DNA from: Alphaproteobacteria bacterium
Lineage (GTDB): Bacteria; Pseudomonadota; Alphaproteobacteria; RF32; CAG-239
DNA length: 64,000 bases
Assembly: GCA_045116295.1 (NCBI GenBank)
Contig: JBGULQ010000005.1
Span: 41,349 to 105,348, forward strand
Reading direction: 5' to 3'
Positions within the stretch are counted from its first letter, which is position 1. Each line of letters starts with the position of its first letter. The notes beneath the pieces are model-generated. The model was not told the origin of the DNA, made no database searches, and saw nothing but the letters and a program-made list of their open reading frames with translations. Positions 28,940 to 38,923 of this stretch are shown piece by piece. The position numbers and the translations under genes are program-made.

Positions 28940-31684
28940 TTAGTGAGCATCACGCCAATTATTGCCGATTCCCACTTCAGCAGTAAACTTTACGTCATAA
29001 TTTACCGCACTTTCCATGGTTTGCTTTAGCAGTTTAGCAACAATTTCAACCTCATCTTCCGGCGCTTCAACTACCATTTCATCGTGGACTTGTAACAAAA
29101 TTTTTGACTTAAAATTACCTTCAATCAACGCATTATGCATATTATTCATAGCTCGTTTCATAATATCAGCAGCACCACCCTGCAAAGGTGCATTCATTGC
29201 AGCTCTTTCCGCAAACGACGCAATTCGTTGATTTTTATCATTAATTCCGGCAATCGTGCATTTTCTGCCGAAGGGCGTAACCACATATCCGTGTTTGTGC
29301 GCAAAATCTATGCTTTTTTCCATAAAAACCTTTATCTCAGGCATTTTTTCAAAATAAGCATCTATATACTGTTTTGCTTCTGCCGGTGAAACCCCGATTT
29401 GCTTTGACAATCCGTATTGTGAAATACCGTAAATAACCCCGAAATTAATCGCTTTTGCGTGACGCCTGATTACCGGTGTAACTTCTTCCTTTTTCAACCC
29501 GAAAACACGCATTGCTGTTGCCGTATGCACATCAATTTCATTTGCAAAAGCTTCTTTTAAGGCTTTTACATCAGCCAAAACCGCAAGCAGCCGCAATTCC
29601 ACTTGCGAATAGTCGGCAGATATCAGTTTGTGCTTTGGTGCAGCGACAAAACATTGTCTTATCTTTTGCCCGTCATCACTGCGAATGGGAATATTTTGCA
29701 AATTCGGATTATTTGAAGACAACCGTCCGGTATTAACATTGGTCTGATCATAGGTTGTATGAATGCGGTTGTTTTTATCCAACTGCTGGAGCAGGGTGTC
29801 TGTATAAGTTGTTTTAAGCTTATTGATAGAGCGCCACTCCAAAATCTTTGCCGGTAAAGGGTGCTCTTCTGCCAGTTGTTCCAAAACATCTGCACCGGTT
29901 TGAAAATTTCCGCTGCTATGTTTTTTTGACTGCAGACCGAGCTTGTTGTATAAAATCTCGCCGATTTGTTTTGGTGAACCGATATTAAATGTTTCGCCGG
30001 CAATAGAAAAAATTTCTTGTTCAATATCCTGTTGGCGTTTTTCCAGTTGTTTACTAAAATCGGAAAGCTGTGCAACATTTACCGTTACTCCATTTTTTTC
30101 CATCTCAAACAAAGTTGCAACCAGCGGGCGATCAAAATGCTCATAGATGGTTACCATATGTTCATTTAACAATCGTTGCCTCAAGATGCCGCAAAGCCTA
30201 AAAACAAAATCAACTTGCTCACACATATAGTCGCATAATACGTTCTCATCGGCATTATCTGGATTAATTCGCTGTTTTCCCACCCCAAAAACTTCATCAA
30301 AGCTTTTTCCTTTAATATCCAGAAACAATTCCGATAAGGTACCTATGTCGTGGCTGTGGCTTGAAGAGTCCAAAACATAAGACATAACTTCAATATCATC
30401 ATAAGGAAAAATCCGGCACATATCACCACTTAACATATCCAAAAAATGCATATCAAGTTTGATATTGTGTCCGATTTTTAAAATCGATTGAGAGTTTAAT
30501 ATCGGCAATAAACAGTCAAAAACTTTTTTTGCACTCATTCCGTGTTTTTTACTTGTTGTCGTACTAAACAAATCAAATGTTTGATTTTGTTGCTCTTTTT
30601 CTAAGGGAATATAAGCCGCTTTCCCGCTATCAATTGCCAACGCTATACCTAAAGGGACATCAAAAACCGGATTATTTCCTGTTGCCAAAACTTTTATTGC
30701 CAGCATCTGACTGTTCAGATTTTTCAGCCACAATACTAAATCCGCTTCATTGTCAATTAAGCGATAATCGGTCTTAATTTCAGGAGTTGCCGCTTCTGTA
30801 ACAACACCGGCTTTTTTGCATTGCTCTTCAACCCATTTTGCCAACCGCAATTTAAGGCTGTTAAAACCATATTTCTCAACAAAATTTTGTACCACCGCCA
30901 AATCCGGACAATGAAATTTATAATAAGTCACCGGATTTTCTACCGGAACGTTGCTTTTCAGAGTAACTAATTCCAGCGATATTTTGGCATTTTCTATGTT
31001 TGCCAATAACGTTTCCCGCCTTTTGTTCTGCTTTATCTCGCCGGCATGAGCCAAAACCTCATCAAGTGAGCCGAAAGTATTCACCAGTTCTGCCGCAGTC
31101 TTGGGACCAATCCCCGGCACTCCCGGAATATTATCAATACTATCTCCCGAAAGTGCTTGCACATCAACAACTTTTTCCGGATAGACTCCAAATTTTTCTT
31201 TAACATCATCAGGGGTAAAAAACTTGTCTTTCATCGGATCATAAAACATAACCCCCGGACGAATTAACTGCATCAAATCCTTATCGGCCGAAACCACAAT
31301 AACTTCCATACCGGCATCTAGTGCTTGTTTTGCATAAGTTGCAATCAAGTCGTCAGCTTCATATCCCTCAATTTCAAGATGATTTAGATTAAGCACGTCA
31401 ACTGTTTCACGAATAATCGGAAATTGCGGAATTAATTCTTCCGGAGGTTCGGCTCTATTTGCCTTATAATCGGGAAAAATATCATTACGAAAATTTTTTC
31501 TTTTGGCATCAAATAACACCAAATTGTACTTGCAATCAAATTTGGCTGACAGCTTCATAAACATATTGGTAAAACCATACACGGCATTAACCGGAGTGCC
31601 GTCCGGAGCCGTCATCGGCGGCAGTCCGTAAAACGCTCTGAAAATATAGCCCGAACCATCGACTAAACATATTTTTTCAGCCAT
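28940..31684 (-). CDS. polA: DNA polymerase I
   Basis: It has 914 aa with a 5'-3' exonuclease domain, a 3'-5' exonuclease domain, and a polymerase domain (motif A DYSQVELR, motif C HDE). Confidence 0.97.
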   Translation of the reverse strand: MAEKICLVDGSGYIFRAFYGLPPMTAPDGTPVNAVYGFTNMFMKLSAKFDCKYNLVLFDAKRKNFRNDIFPDYKANRAEPPEELIPQFPIIRETVDVLNLNHLEIEGYEADDLIATYAKQALDAGMEVIVVSADKDLMQLIRPGVMFYDPMKDKFFTPDDVKEKFGVYPEKVVDVQALSGDSIDNIPGVPGIGPKTAAELVNTFGSLDEVLAHAGEIKQNKRRETLLANIENAKISLELVTLKSNVPVENPVTYYKFHCPDLAVVQNFVEKYGFNSLKLRLAKWVEEQCKKAGVVTEAATPEIKTDYRLIDNEADLVLWLKNLNSQMLAIKVLATGNNPVFDVPLGIALAIDSGKAAYIPLEKEQQNQTFDLFSTTTSKKHGMSAKKVFDCLLPILNSQSILKIGHNIKLDMHFLDMLSGDMCRIFPYDDIEVMSYVLDSSSHSHDIGTLSELFLDIKGKSFDEVFGVGKQRINPDNADENVLCDYMCEQVDFVFRLCGILRQRLLNEHMVTIYEHFDRPLVATLFEMEKNGVTVNVAQLSDFSKQLEKRQQDIEQEIFSIAGETFNIGSPKQIGEILYNKLGLQSKKHSSGNFQTGADVLEQLAEEHPLPAKILEWRSINKLKTTYTDTLLQQLDKNNRIHTTYDQTNVNTGRLSSNNPNLQNIPIRSDDGQKIRQCFVAAPKHKLISADYSQVELRLLAVLADVKALKEAFANEIDVHTATAMRVFGLKKEEVTPVIRRHAKAINFGVIYGISQYGLSKQIGVSPAEAKQYIDAYFEKMPEIKVFMEKSIDFAHKHGYVVTPFGRKCTIAGINDKNQRIASFAERAAMNAPLQGGAADIMKRAMNNMHNALIEGNFKSKILLQVHDEMVVEAPEDEVEIVAKLLKQTMESAVNYDVKFTAEVGIGNNWRDAH

Positions 31685-31760
31685 TGCAAATCTCCTTGAT
31701 ACAACCTGCTATAATATAATTTACAAATGCTTTTTAGCCAAGAATTATTATTAAGTTTTT

Positions 31761-32117
31761 CTATCTCCGCCAAGCATCAGCTATATGCTTAAAACTCATT
31801 TTTGAACTTACCAAAAAAGCATCAAATCTGATATCAAAATCACTAAATTGCGGGTGGTTTTTAACAAAGTTTTCCGCTGCCTTCCAGATTCGCTGTTGCT
31901 GTTGTGGCAAAATTGCATAAGCTGCACCATCAATGCTTGAGCGCTTTTTAACCTCAACAAACACCAACAAATTATTTTTTGCCACAATCAAATCAATTTC
32001 ACCGGCGCCGGTTCTTCTGCCGGTAACGTAGTTGCGCGCAACAACCCTAAAACCATGCAGCAAAAAATATACAGCCGCAAGTATCTCCGCAATTTTTCCG
32101 CTAACTCTGCTGTTCAT
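31761..32117 (-). CDS. yraN: YraN-family (UPF0102) endonuclease
   Basis: The core GEIDLIVAKNNLLVFVEVKKRS is present. It overlaps the rsmI end, as in the rsmI-yraN arrangement. Confidence 0.85.
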   Translation of the reverse strand: MNSRVSGKIAEILAAVYFLLHGFRVVARNYVTGRRTGAGEIDLIVAKNNLLVFVEVKKRSSIDGAAYAILPQQQQRIWKAAENFVKNHPQFSDFDIRFDAFLVSSKMSFKHIADAWRR

Positions 32118-32943
32118 TTTTTATTTTTACCGCCAGTTTATATACATCATTTTTATTGAGTTTATATTCGGTAACAACCTCTTTTACGGCCGTTTTTAAT
32201 AGCATGTTTTTCATTTTACTCCGCAAAATTTTCTCAACATCAACAGTCGGAGCGAGATTTTCAGTCGGCGGAGCAACCATAAAAACAATTTCTCCCTTTG
32301 GTGGATTTTTTTCAAAATAAGCTATTACATCATCAGCCGTTCCGGTTTTACATTCCTCATGAATTTTGGTGATTTCCCTTGCTACTGCAAAATCTCGATT
32401 CGCAAAAATTTTTTTAGCAACACCAAGTGTTTTTAGTAATCTTGGAGCCGTTTCATAAAACACCAATGTCGTATCAATTCCCGCCAATTCTTCAAACAAA
32501 TCTTCACGTGCCTTATCTTTATTAGGTATAAAACCTGCAAACATAAAACGATTAGTCGGCAACCCTGACATCTGTAATGCGCAAATTATTGCGCAACACC
32601 CCGGCACCACTGCAAACGGAGTATTTTGTTCATGACACTGCTTTATCAGTTTGTACCCCGGATCTGAAATCAATGGCGAACCGGCATCACTCACTTGCAC
32701 CACACATAAACCCTGATTGACCAAATCAATAACCTCCTGAGATTTTTCCTGTTCGTTATGGTCATGCAGGGTAATAAATTTTTTGCCGCTAAAACCTATG
32801 TTAAGCAACCCGAGTAATTTTTTTGTTACTCTTGTATCTTCACAAGCAATTACATCTGCATCGCTTAACAATGTTTTTGCTCGTTCGGAAATATCTGATA
32901 GGTTTCCGATAGGTGTTGCAACAATATACAATCCGCTAGTCAT
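32101..32943 (-). CDS. rsmI: 16S rRNA (cytidine1402-2'-O)-methyltransferase RsmI
   Basis: The N-terminal tetrapyrrole-methylase-fold region LYIVATPIGNLSDISERA ... ACEDTRVT is present. Confidence 0.9.
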   Translation of the reverse strand: MTSGLYIVATPIGNLSDISERAKTLLSDADVIACEDTRVTKKLLGLLNIGFSGKKFITLHDHNEQEKSQEVIDLVNQGLCVVQVSDAGSPLISDPGYKLIKQCHEQNTPFAVVPGCCAIICALQMSGLPTNRFMFAGFIPNKDKAREDLFEELAGIDTTLVFYETAPRLLKTLGVAKKIFANRDFAVAREITKIHEECKTGTADDVIAYFEKNPPKGEIVFMVAPPTENLAPTVDVEKILRSKMKNMLLKTAVKEVVTEYKLNKNDVYKLAVKIKNEQQS

Positions 32944-33009
32944 TTCTTTGCTTTACAATCCATGTTTTTTAATTTAAATTACAATCATTGTTTTATATTT
33001 TAGGATAAA

Positions 33010-34311
33010 ATGCAAGTGTTTAAAAAGATACATATTTTGGCATTAGCCTTATTAGTTGCCTCCTGCCGCTCGCCGATGGTAACTTCCACAAGTCATTTTT
33101 CTGATAACAACACTCAAGTCAGTGAAGATGTTTTTTCTGCAAAATCAAACTTTAGAGTCGGTGTTTTGCTCCCGCTCAGCGGGGAGGCATCTAGTGTAGG
33201 GCAGGGGCTAAAAAACGCAACAATGCTTGCACTTGAAGACATAAATAATCCAAATCTTATATTGCAATTTTATGATACCAAGAGCACTCCCGAAGGGGCT
33301 CGTATTGCAGTTGAAAACGCTATTAATCAGCGAGTAAAAATGATTGTCGGACCTTTGATGTCAAGCGAGGTTGAAGCCATATCTTATCAAACCCGCAAAC
33401 ACGATATACCTGTGGTTGCTTTTTCTACTAATGAAGCGGTACTCCAGCCTCAGGTTTATACCATCGGCCTGCTCATAGACGAACAGGTAAGTCGCATAAT
33501 CTCGTACGCGTCACAAAAAGGACGTAGCCGCTACGCGCTTCTCTTGCCTGACAATCCTACTGGAATTGCGGTTGCAAAATCTGCAGCTAAAGCTGCAAAA
33601 AGACATGGTGGCACTGTATCAAGGATAGCTTTTTATCCACCAAATACAACAGATTTCTCAAACATCGCCGGCAAACTTAGCAACGGCAAAGAAACAGGCT
33701 TTGATGCAATAATTATTCCTGAATCCGGCAATAGTCTCAAATCAGCTACAGCAATGTTAGGTTACTATGATGTTTTTTATCCAGATGTAATGTTTTTGGG
33801 AACATCTGTATGGGAAAACACAAGTTTGAACAAAGAAACCACACTTAACAAAGCTGTATATCCGGTTTTATCGCGTAGCCACAGCTCTTATTTTAACAAA
33901 AAATACCAATCAACTTATGGCAATTATCCCAACAGCCTTTTTGCATTAGCATACGATGCGGTCGCACTAGCATCTGCAATTGCCAAACGCAATCCTTCTA
34001 ATATAGATGAGGCAATAACCAGTCCAGATGGATTCATCGGTATTAATGGAGCTTTCAGAATTTTTGCCAATGGTAAAAATCAACACAGCCTTGACATAAT
34101 GCAAATAACACCATCCTCGGATGTTGTGGTGGATTCCGCTCAACACAAATTTGTTTCAGGCCCTGAATATTCTGATGATATGGATATTGCATCTATGTAT
34201 GATGGAAATTCTCCTTTGATATTTGGCAAAAACCAACAAGATGCAGAGGTCCAAATTTTTGGTCGCGCTCTCAACGGATACGCCTCGACGGATTCAATAT
34301 ATCAATATTAG
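33010..34311 (+). CDS. LpoA-like lipoprotein with periplasmic binding-protein (type I) fold
   Basis: The lipobox LLVASC is present. It diverges from rsmI, as lpoA (yraM) does. A PBP1-fold amino-acid-binding-like domain is present. Confidence 0.65.
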   Translation: MQVFKKIHILALALLVASCRSPMVTSTSHFSDNNTQVSEDVFSAKSNFRVGVLLPLSGEASSVGQGLKNATMLALEDINNPNLILQFYDTKSTPEGARIAVENAINQRVKMIVGPLMSSEVEAISYQTRKHDIPVVAFSTNEAVLQPQVYTIGLLIDEQVSRIISYASQKGRSRYALLLPDNPTGIAVAKSAAKAAKRHGGTVSRIAFYPPNTTDFSNIAGKLSNGKETGFDAIIIPESGNSLKSATAMLGYYDVFYPDVMFLGTSVWENTSLNKETTLNKAVYPVLSRSHSSYFNKKYQSTYGNYPNSLFALAYDAVALASAIAKRNPSNIDEAITSPDGFIGINGAFRIFANGKNQHSLDIMQITPSSDVVVDSAQHKFVSGPEYSDDMDIASMYDGNSPLIFGKNQQDAEVQIFGRALNGYASTDSIYQY

Positions 34312-34371
34312 TTGGATATGGCAGATTTTTTACTTGAAATTAATAACAAAATCTGCCCTTATGTGAATAAA

Positions 34372-34470
34372 TGCTATGGAGGGCATCGGGTCAAGCGTTC
34401 GCCAACCCGGTCAGGTTCGGAAGAAAGCAGCCGTAACGAACCAGCCTGAGGTCGGTGTTCCTCCGCCTTT
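34372..34470 (+). ncRNA. ffs: signal recognition particle RNA (4.5S, small SRP RNA)
   Basis: The conserved domain IV GGUCAGGUUCGGAAGAAAGCAGCC matches the GUCAGGUCCGGAAGGAAGCAGC consensus and carries the GGAA tetraloop. It lies immediately upstream of dnaX, as in the ffs-dnaX-ybaB-recR cluster. The ends are approximate. Confidence 0.7.
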
Positions 34471-34488
34471 TTATAAACAGAGCGAATT

Positions 34489-36165
34489 ATGGCAGAAGAA
34501 GAAAAACAAGATAACTACGTAGTTTTAGCACGAAAATATCGTCCGCAGAATTTTGAAGATTTACTCGGGCAAGACGCTTTGGTACAAACTCTGACCAACG
34601 CCATAAAATCAAATCGCTTGCACCATGCATACATTTTAACCGGAATTCGTGGCGTAGGCAAGACCACCACTGCCCGTCTGATTGCTAAAGCCCTTAACTG
34701 CATTGGCCCTGATGGCAAAGGTGGACCGACAACGCATCCCTGCGATGTTTGTGAAAACTGTAAATCAATCGCCGCCGGTCGCAATATTGACGTTTTAGAG
34801 TTGGATGCTGCATCACGTACCGGTGTTGATGATATCCGCGATATTTTGGACGGTGTTCGTTACAAACCGACAAACTGCCGATACAAAATATACATCATCG
34901 ATGAAGTTCATATGTTGTCAAAAAACGCCTTCAATGCCTTGCTCAAAACTCTTGAAGAGCCGCCGGCACATGTCAAATTCATCTTTGCTACAACCGAGAT
35001 TCGCAAAGTTCCGATCACTGTCCTTTCTCGTTGTCAACGATTCGATTTACAACGTTTGCAAATTGACGACCTTATGAAGTTGTTCAACAAAATTGTTGCT
35101 GCCGAAAACCTCAAAGCTGATGAAGAAGCTCTGCATATGATTGCTTCTGCCGCAGATGGTTCGGCTCGTGACGGTTTATCATTGCTGGATCAAGCAATTT
35201 CGCTCGGCAGCGGCAAGGTTCGCACAGACATTGTTAAAGAAATGCTCGGCATGGCCGACCGTGGTCAGGCATTTGAAATTTTTGATAATCTCATTAACGG
35301 CAATATGAACGACCTGCTCAAAAAACTCCAAGATGTATATAAAAATGGCGCAAATCCGACAGCAATACTTAATGACCTTATAAACATAACTCATACATTA
35401 ACCAAAGTTTTGCTTATACCGGCATTCTTAAACGACGAAAAAATTTCTGAAACCGAACGTGAATTTTTCAAAAACACTGCAGCAAAAGCCAACGTAGCAC
35501 TATTGTCCAGAGTTTGGCAGATGTTGATAAAAGGTTTAAATGAAGTGCAAAACGCTCCCGTGCCGATAGATGCGCTTGAGATGGTTTTGATACGTATAGC
35601 TTATTCAGCCAACCTACCAACTCCGGCAGAACTGCTTGAGAGCGTAAAAAAAAAATCTAGCCTAAACGCTGCAGATACTCAAGGTTATCGACCATCGCGT
35701 CCACAAATTGAAGTACGGACACCTAAAAATGCACAACAGACATCGTTTGATAAAATAACGGATTTCATCCGTTACCTTGAAGATAACAAACAACCACGTT
35801 TGGCATATACACTGAAAAACGACGTTGAGGTAGTCGATTTTAGCGATGGTGTCATGCGTTTTAAGGCCACAGACCATATTTCTGCAGACACGGTGCTTAC
35901 CATTGACAGATTTTTGGAGAATTCGACTGGCAAAAAATGGAAGACGGAACTGGTTCCCGGCGAAGTCATTTTAAGTATTGCCAACATTGAAAATGCTCAA
36001 AAAGAAGCTGATCGTAAAAACGTTGCTGACAATCCTTTGGTCAAGGCTATTCTTGATGAATTCAGAGGAGCAAAAATAGAAACATTGACACGAAAAATTA
36101 TTACAGACGATGAAGGAAACTTTGAAGATAATAATGAAGAATTTAATGGGGAGGATTTTAACTGA
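34489..36165 (+). CDS. dnaX: DNA polymerase III subunit tau (gamma/tau)
   Basis: An AAA+ Walker A GIRGVGKTT and the zinc module CDVCENC are present. 558 aa. Confidence 0.95.
   Translation: MAEEEKQDNYVVLARKYRPQNFEDLLGQDALVQTLTNAIKSNRLHHAYILTGIRGVGKTTTARLIAKALNCIGPDGKGGPTTHPCDVCENCKSIAAGRNIDVLELDAASRTGVDDIRDILDGVRYKPTNCRYKIYIIDEVHMLSKNAFNALLKTLEEPPAHVKFIFATTEIRKVPITVLSRCQRFDLQRLQIDDLMKLFNKIVAAENLKADEEALHMIASAADGSARDGLSLLDQAISLGSGKVRTDIVKEMLGMADRGQAFEIFDNLINGNMNDLLKKLQDVYKNGANPTAILNDLINITHTLTKVLLIPAFLNDEKISETEREFFKNTAAKANVALLSRVWQMLIKGLNEVQNAPVPIDALEMVLIRIAYSANLPTPAELLESVKKKSSLNAADTQGYRPSRPQIEVRTPKNAQQTSFDKITDFIRYLEDNKQPRLAYTLKNDVEVVDFSDGVMRFKATDHISADTVLTIDRFLENSTGKKWKTELVPGEVILSIANIENAQKEADRKNVADNPLVKAILDEFRGAKIETLTRKIITDDEGNFEDNNEEFNGEDFN
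35646..35655 (+). other. A10 homopolymer inside dnaX (candidate slippage site for the gamma subunit)
   Basis: The run covers codons 386-389 (V-KKK). The -1 frame reads ATC TAG (one codon, then stop). The +1 frame reads AAT CTA GCC TAA (three codons, then stop). Confidence 0.5.
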
Positions 36166-36485
36166 TGATGAATATGCAAAGCCTGATGAAACAAGCACAA
36201 ATGATGCAAAAAAAGATGAATGAAGCCCAAGAAAAATTGGCGCAAAGTGAAGTTACCGGCGTTAGTGGCGGTGGTATGGTAAAAGTTACCATTACCGGAA
36301 AAATGGCAACCAAAAAAGTTGAAATAGACAAGTCTTTATTAAATCCGGAAGAGTCTGACATTCTTGAAGACTTGATTGTAGCGGCCTGCAATGATGCACA
36401 AAACAAAGCCGAAAACATGATGAATGAGGGCTTAAAAGATGTTACCGGCGGCTTGAATCTTGGCGGTTTAAAACTTCCTTTCTAA
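36165..36485 (+). CDS. ybaB: nucleoid-associated protein YbaB/EbfC
   Basis: It has 106 aa, a TGATG overlap with the dnaX stop, and a typical YbaB sequence. Confidence 0.9.
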   Translation: MMNMQSLMKQAQMMQKKMNEAQEKLAQSEVTGVSGGGMVKVTITGKMATKKVEIDKSLLNPEESDILEDLIVAACNDAQNKAENMMNEGLKDVTGGLNLGGLKLPF

Positions 36486-37090
36486 TGGTGATAACCATGG
36501 CAGGTCAAGATATCGAAAAATTGATAAAGCTAATGTCAAAATTGCCGTCACTTGGCACCAGATCGGCACGCAGAATAGTTTTGCACCTCATCAAAAAAAG
36601 AGATACGGCATTGCTCCCGCTGATTGATGCAATGCAGGGCGTTGCAAACAACATCAAAACCTGTGAAATATGTGGCAACTTCGATACATCTTCTCCTTGC
36701 TCGATATGTTCTTCTGAAAAAAGAGAAAAAAATATTATTTGTGTTGTTCAAGACGTAGCCGACTTATGGGCAATGGAACGCACAGGTTTTTATCATGGGC
36801 AATATCATGTTTTGGGCGGTGTTTTATCAGCACTTGACGGAGTTGCACCTGAGGACTTAAACATAGATTCGCTTTTTACCCGCTTGGAAGAAGAACCGAT
36901 ATCAGAAATTGTTTTAGCACTTCCGGCCACCATTGATGGTCAAATTACCTCGCACTTTTTGGTATCAAAATTAAAAAACAGCAACGTTAAAATCACCACA
37001 CTAGCACAAGGAATTCCGGTTGGTGCAGAGCTTGACTATATGGACGAAGGTACAATCCAACTGGCATTAAACTCACGCAAAGAAATGTAA
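36485..37090 (+). CDS. recR: recombination protein RecR
   Basis: The HhH motif, the C4 zinc finger CEICGNFDTSSPCSICSS, and a Toprim domain are present. The start is ATG at 36485 (TAATG overlap) or 36497. Confidence 0.9.
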   Translation: MVITMAGQDIEKLIKLMSKLPSLGTRSARRIVLHLIKKRDTALLPLIDAMQGVANNIKTCEICGNFDTSSPCSICSSEKREKNIICVVQDVADLWAMERTGFYHGQYHVLGGVLSALDGVAPEDLNIDSLFTRLEEEPISEIVLALPATIDGQITSHFLVSKLKNSNVKITTLAQGIPVGAELDYMDEGTIQLALNSRKEM

Positions 37091-37091
37091 G

Positions 37092-38843
37092 TTACTCGAT
37101 TCCCATAAAGCCTGAAACCTGCATATTATAAAGTTTTGCATAAACACCGTTTTTATTGATCAACTCCTCATGTGTCCCGTCTTCAACAATTTTTCCCTTT
37201 TGAAAGACAAGGATTCTATCCATCTCGCGCAAGGTGGACAGACGGTGAGCAATCGCCAAAACCGTTTTTCCTTTCATAAGTGTCTGTAAAGACTTCTGAA
37301 TATGCAACTCACTCTGACTGTCAAGAGCAGAAGTTGCTTCATCAAATACCAATATCGGAGAATTTTTCAAAATTGCTCTGGCTATAGCGATTCGTTGCCG
37401 CTCGCCGCCGGATAACACGATTCCCCGATCGCCGACTTTAGTTTGATACTTTTTTGCAAATTTATTTATAAATATATCTGCATATGCTTTTTTAGCCGCC
37501 GTAAAAACCTGCCTGTCGCTGGCTTTAATGTTACCATATCGAATATTTTCCATCAACGTTCGATTAAACAAGCACACATCTTGAGGTATAACAGATATAT
37601 TGCGGTGCAGGGATATTTGTGAAACTTTTCGAATATCATAATTATTTATTTTTATACTGCCTGACAATACGTCATAATATCTGCTGATAAGTTTGATAAA
37701 AGTTGATTTTCCGGAACCGGATAACCCGACCAACCCTACTTTTTCGCCGGATTTTATGTTAATACACAGATTGTCGAACAAAACATCGCGGTTAGGATAG
37801 GCAAAAGTAACATTTTCAAAACTTATTGTTGCTTTTCGCACATGTAAATCAATAGCGTTTTTACAATCAATTATCTCCGGATCGACAGCAAGAGTTTCAA
37901 GGGCCGAAGATATATTGCCAAACATTTTTGAAACATTGTTATATGCCCAAGACATATTAAAGACGGTATATGACACATTCATGAAAACACCGTTTACAAA
38001 AATAAACTGTGTTGCATTTATTGAGCCAATTTTTAGCAGATAGATTGAGAAAAAAATAAACACGACCATTGAGACATTACTGACCAACAGTTGAGCAATT
38101 CGAACACAACCCATTACATTTTTTTCAGTAGTTTCCGCTTTCCGCAGCTGCCGTAAGGATTTTAACAAATTAAACCGTTCAAAGCTGAAATTTGCAAAAC
38201 TTTTTATTTCGCTATAATTAGAAATTGCATCAACCACCATACCGTTTGCAATGCTGCTCAAACGACCGGTTTCCTTGCCCCAAAATCGTCGGATTTTGCC
38301 AAGTTTTATACTAATTGCGGTCACGCCCCCGATCCATACAATTACAAACAAAGTGTAATATAAACTAACGCATGACAAGACAACAAAAGTTGCCGCCAGT
38401 CGAAACAACATATGCATAATTTCAAAACAAAAATTTATAAAATCTGTTGTACTGACAGCCAAAATATTTACTTTGTGGGAGATATTGCCGGTCATCTCAT
38501 TTGCAAAATATGCCATCGATTGTTTGTTAACATACTCAAAAGTATCGCGTACAACCATGGTTTTAATCTTGGGCAAAAACTTGGCAAGTACAAACATTGA
38601 GCTATCAGAAATTATAACCGTTGCAAACATTATTACCGTAAGAACGCCGGCATAAAAAATAATGTCACTCCAATACGATTCGCTAATATTTTGTCCGGCA
38701 ACAATGTTGTATATCTTTGCCAATATATACGGTTCGGCAACTTCTGAAACCTGACGCACGATTACACAAAAGGCAAGCAACAAAAAAGCTAATTTAAAAA
38801 TTTTTAGGTATTTCCAAACAAAAGCAAAAGCAGTCTTTTCCAT
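37092..38843 (-). CDS. ABC transporter, fused permease/ATP-binding exporter (MsbA-like)
   Basis: Six N-terminal TM helices are present. The NBD carries Walker A GLSGSGKST, the signature LSGGERQR, and Walker B. Confidence 0.9.
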   Translation of the reverse strand: MEKTAFAFVWKYLKIFKLAFLLLAFCVIVRQVSEVAEPYILAKIYNIVAGQNISESYWSDIIFYAGVLTVIMFATVIISDSSMFVLAKFLPKIKTMVVRDTFEYVNKQSMAYFANEMTGNISHKVNILAVSTTDFINFCFEIMHMLFRLAATFVVLSCVSLYYTLFVIVWIGGVTAISIKLGKIRRFWGKETGRLSSIANGMVVDAISNYSEIKSFANFSFERFNLLKSLRQLRKAETTEKNVMGCVRIAQLLVSNVSMVVFIFFSIYLLKIGSINATQFIFVNGVFMNVSYTVFNMSWAYNNVSKMFGNISSALETLAVDPEIIDCKNAIDLHVRKATISFENVTFAYPNRDVLFDNLCINIKSGEKVGLVGLSGSGKSTFIKLISRYYDVLSGSIKINNYDIRKVSQISLHRNISVIPQDVCLFNRTLMENIRYGNIKASDRQVFTAAKKAYADIFINKFAKKYQTKVGDRGIVLSGGERQRIAIARAILKNSPILVFDEATSALDSQSELHIQKSLQTLMKGKTVLAIAHRLSTLREMDRILVFQKGKIVEDGTHEELINKNGVYAKLYNMQVSGFMGIE

Positions 38844-38923
38844 TTTTTTAACTCAAAATTGACAGTTTAGAGATATTATATTATCATCTTTTTTAAGATA
38901 AGTTTAATTAGAGGGAACCTAAC

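Noticed and set aside
29016-31203. Multiple small ORFs on both strands within polA
   Set aside because: They are embedded in or antisense to the 914-aa polA ORF with conserved polymerase motifs, so they are shadow frames.
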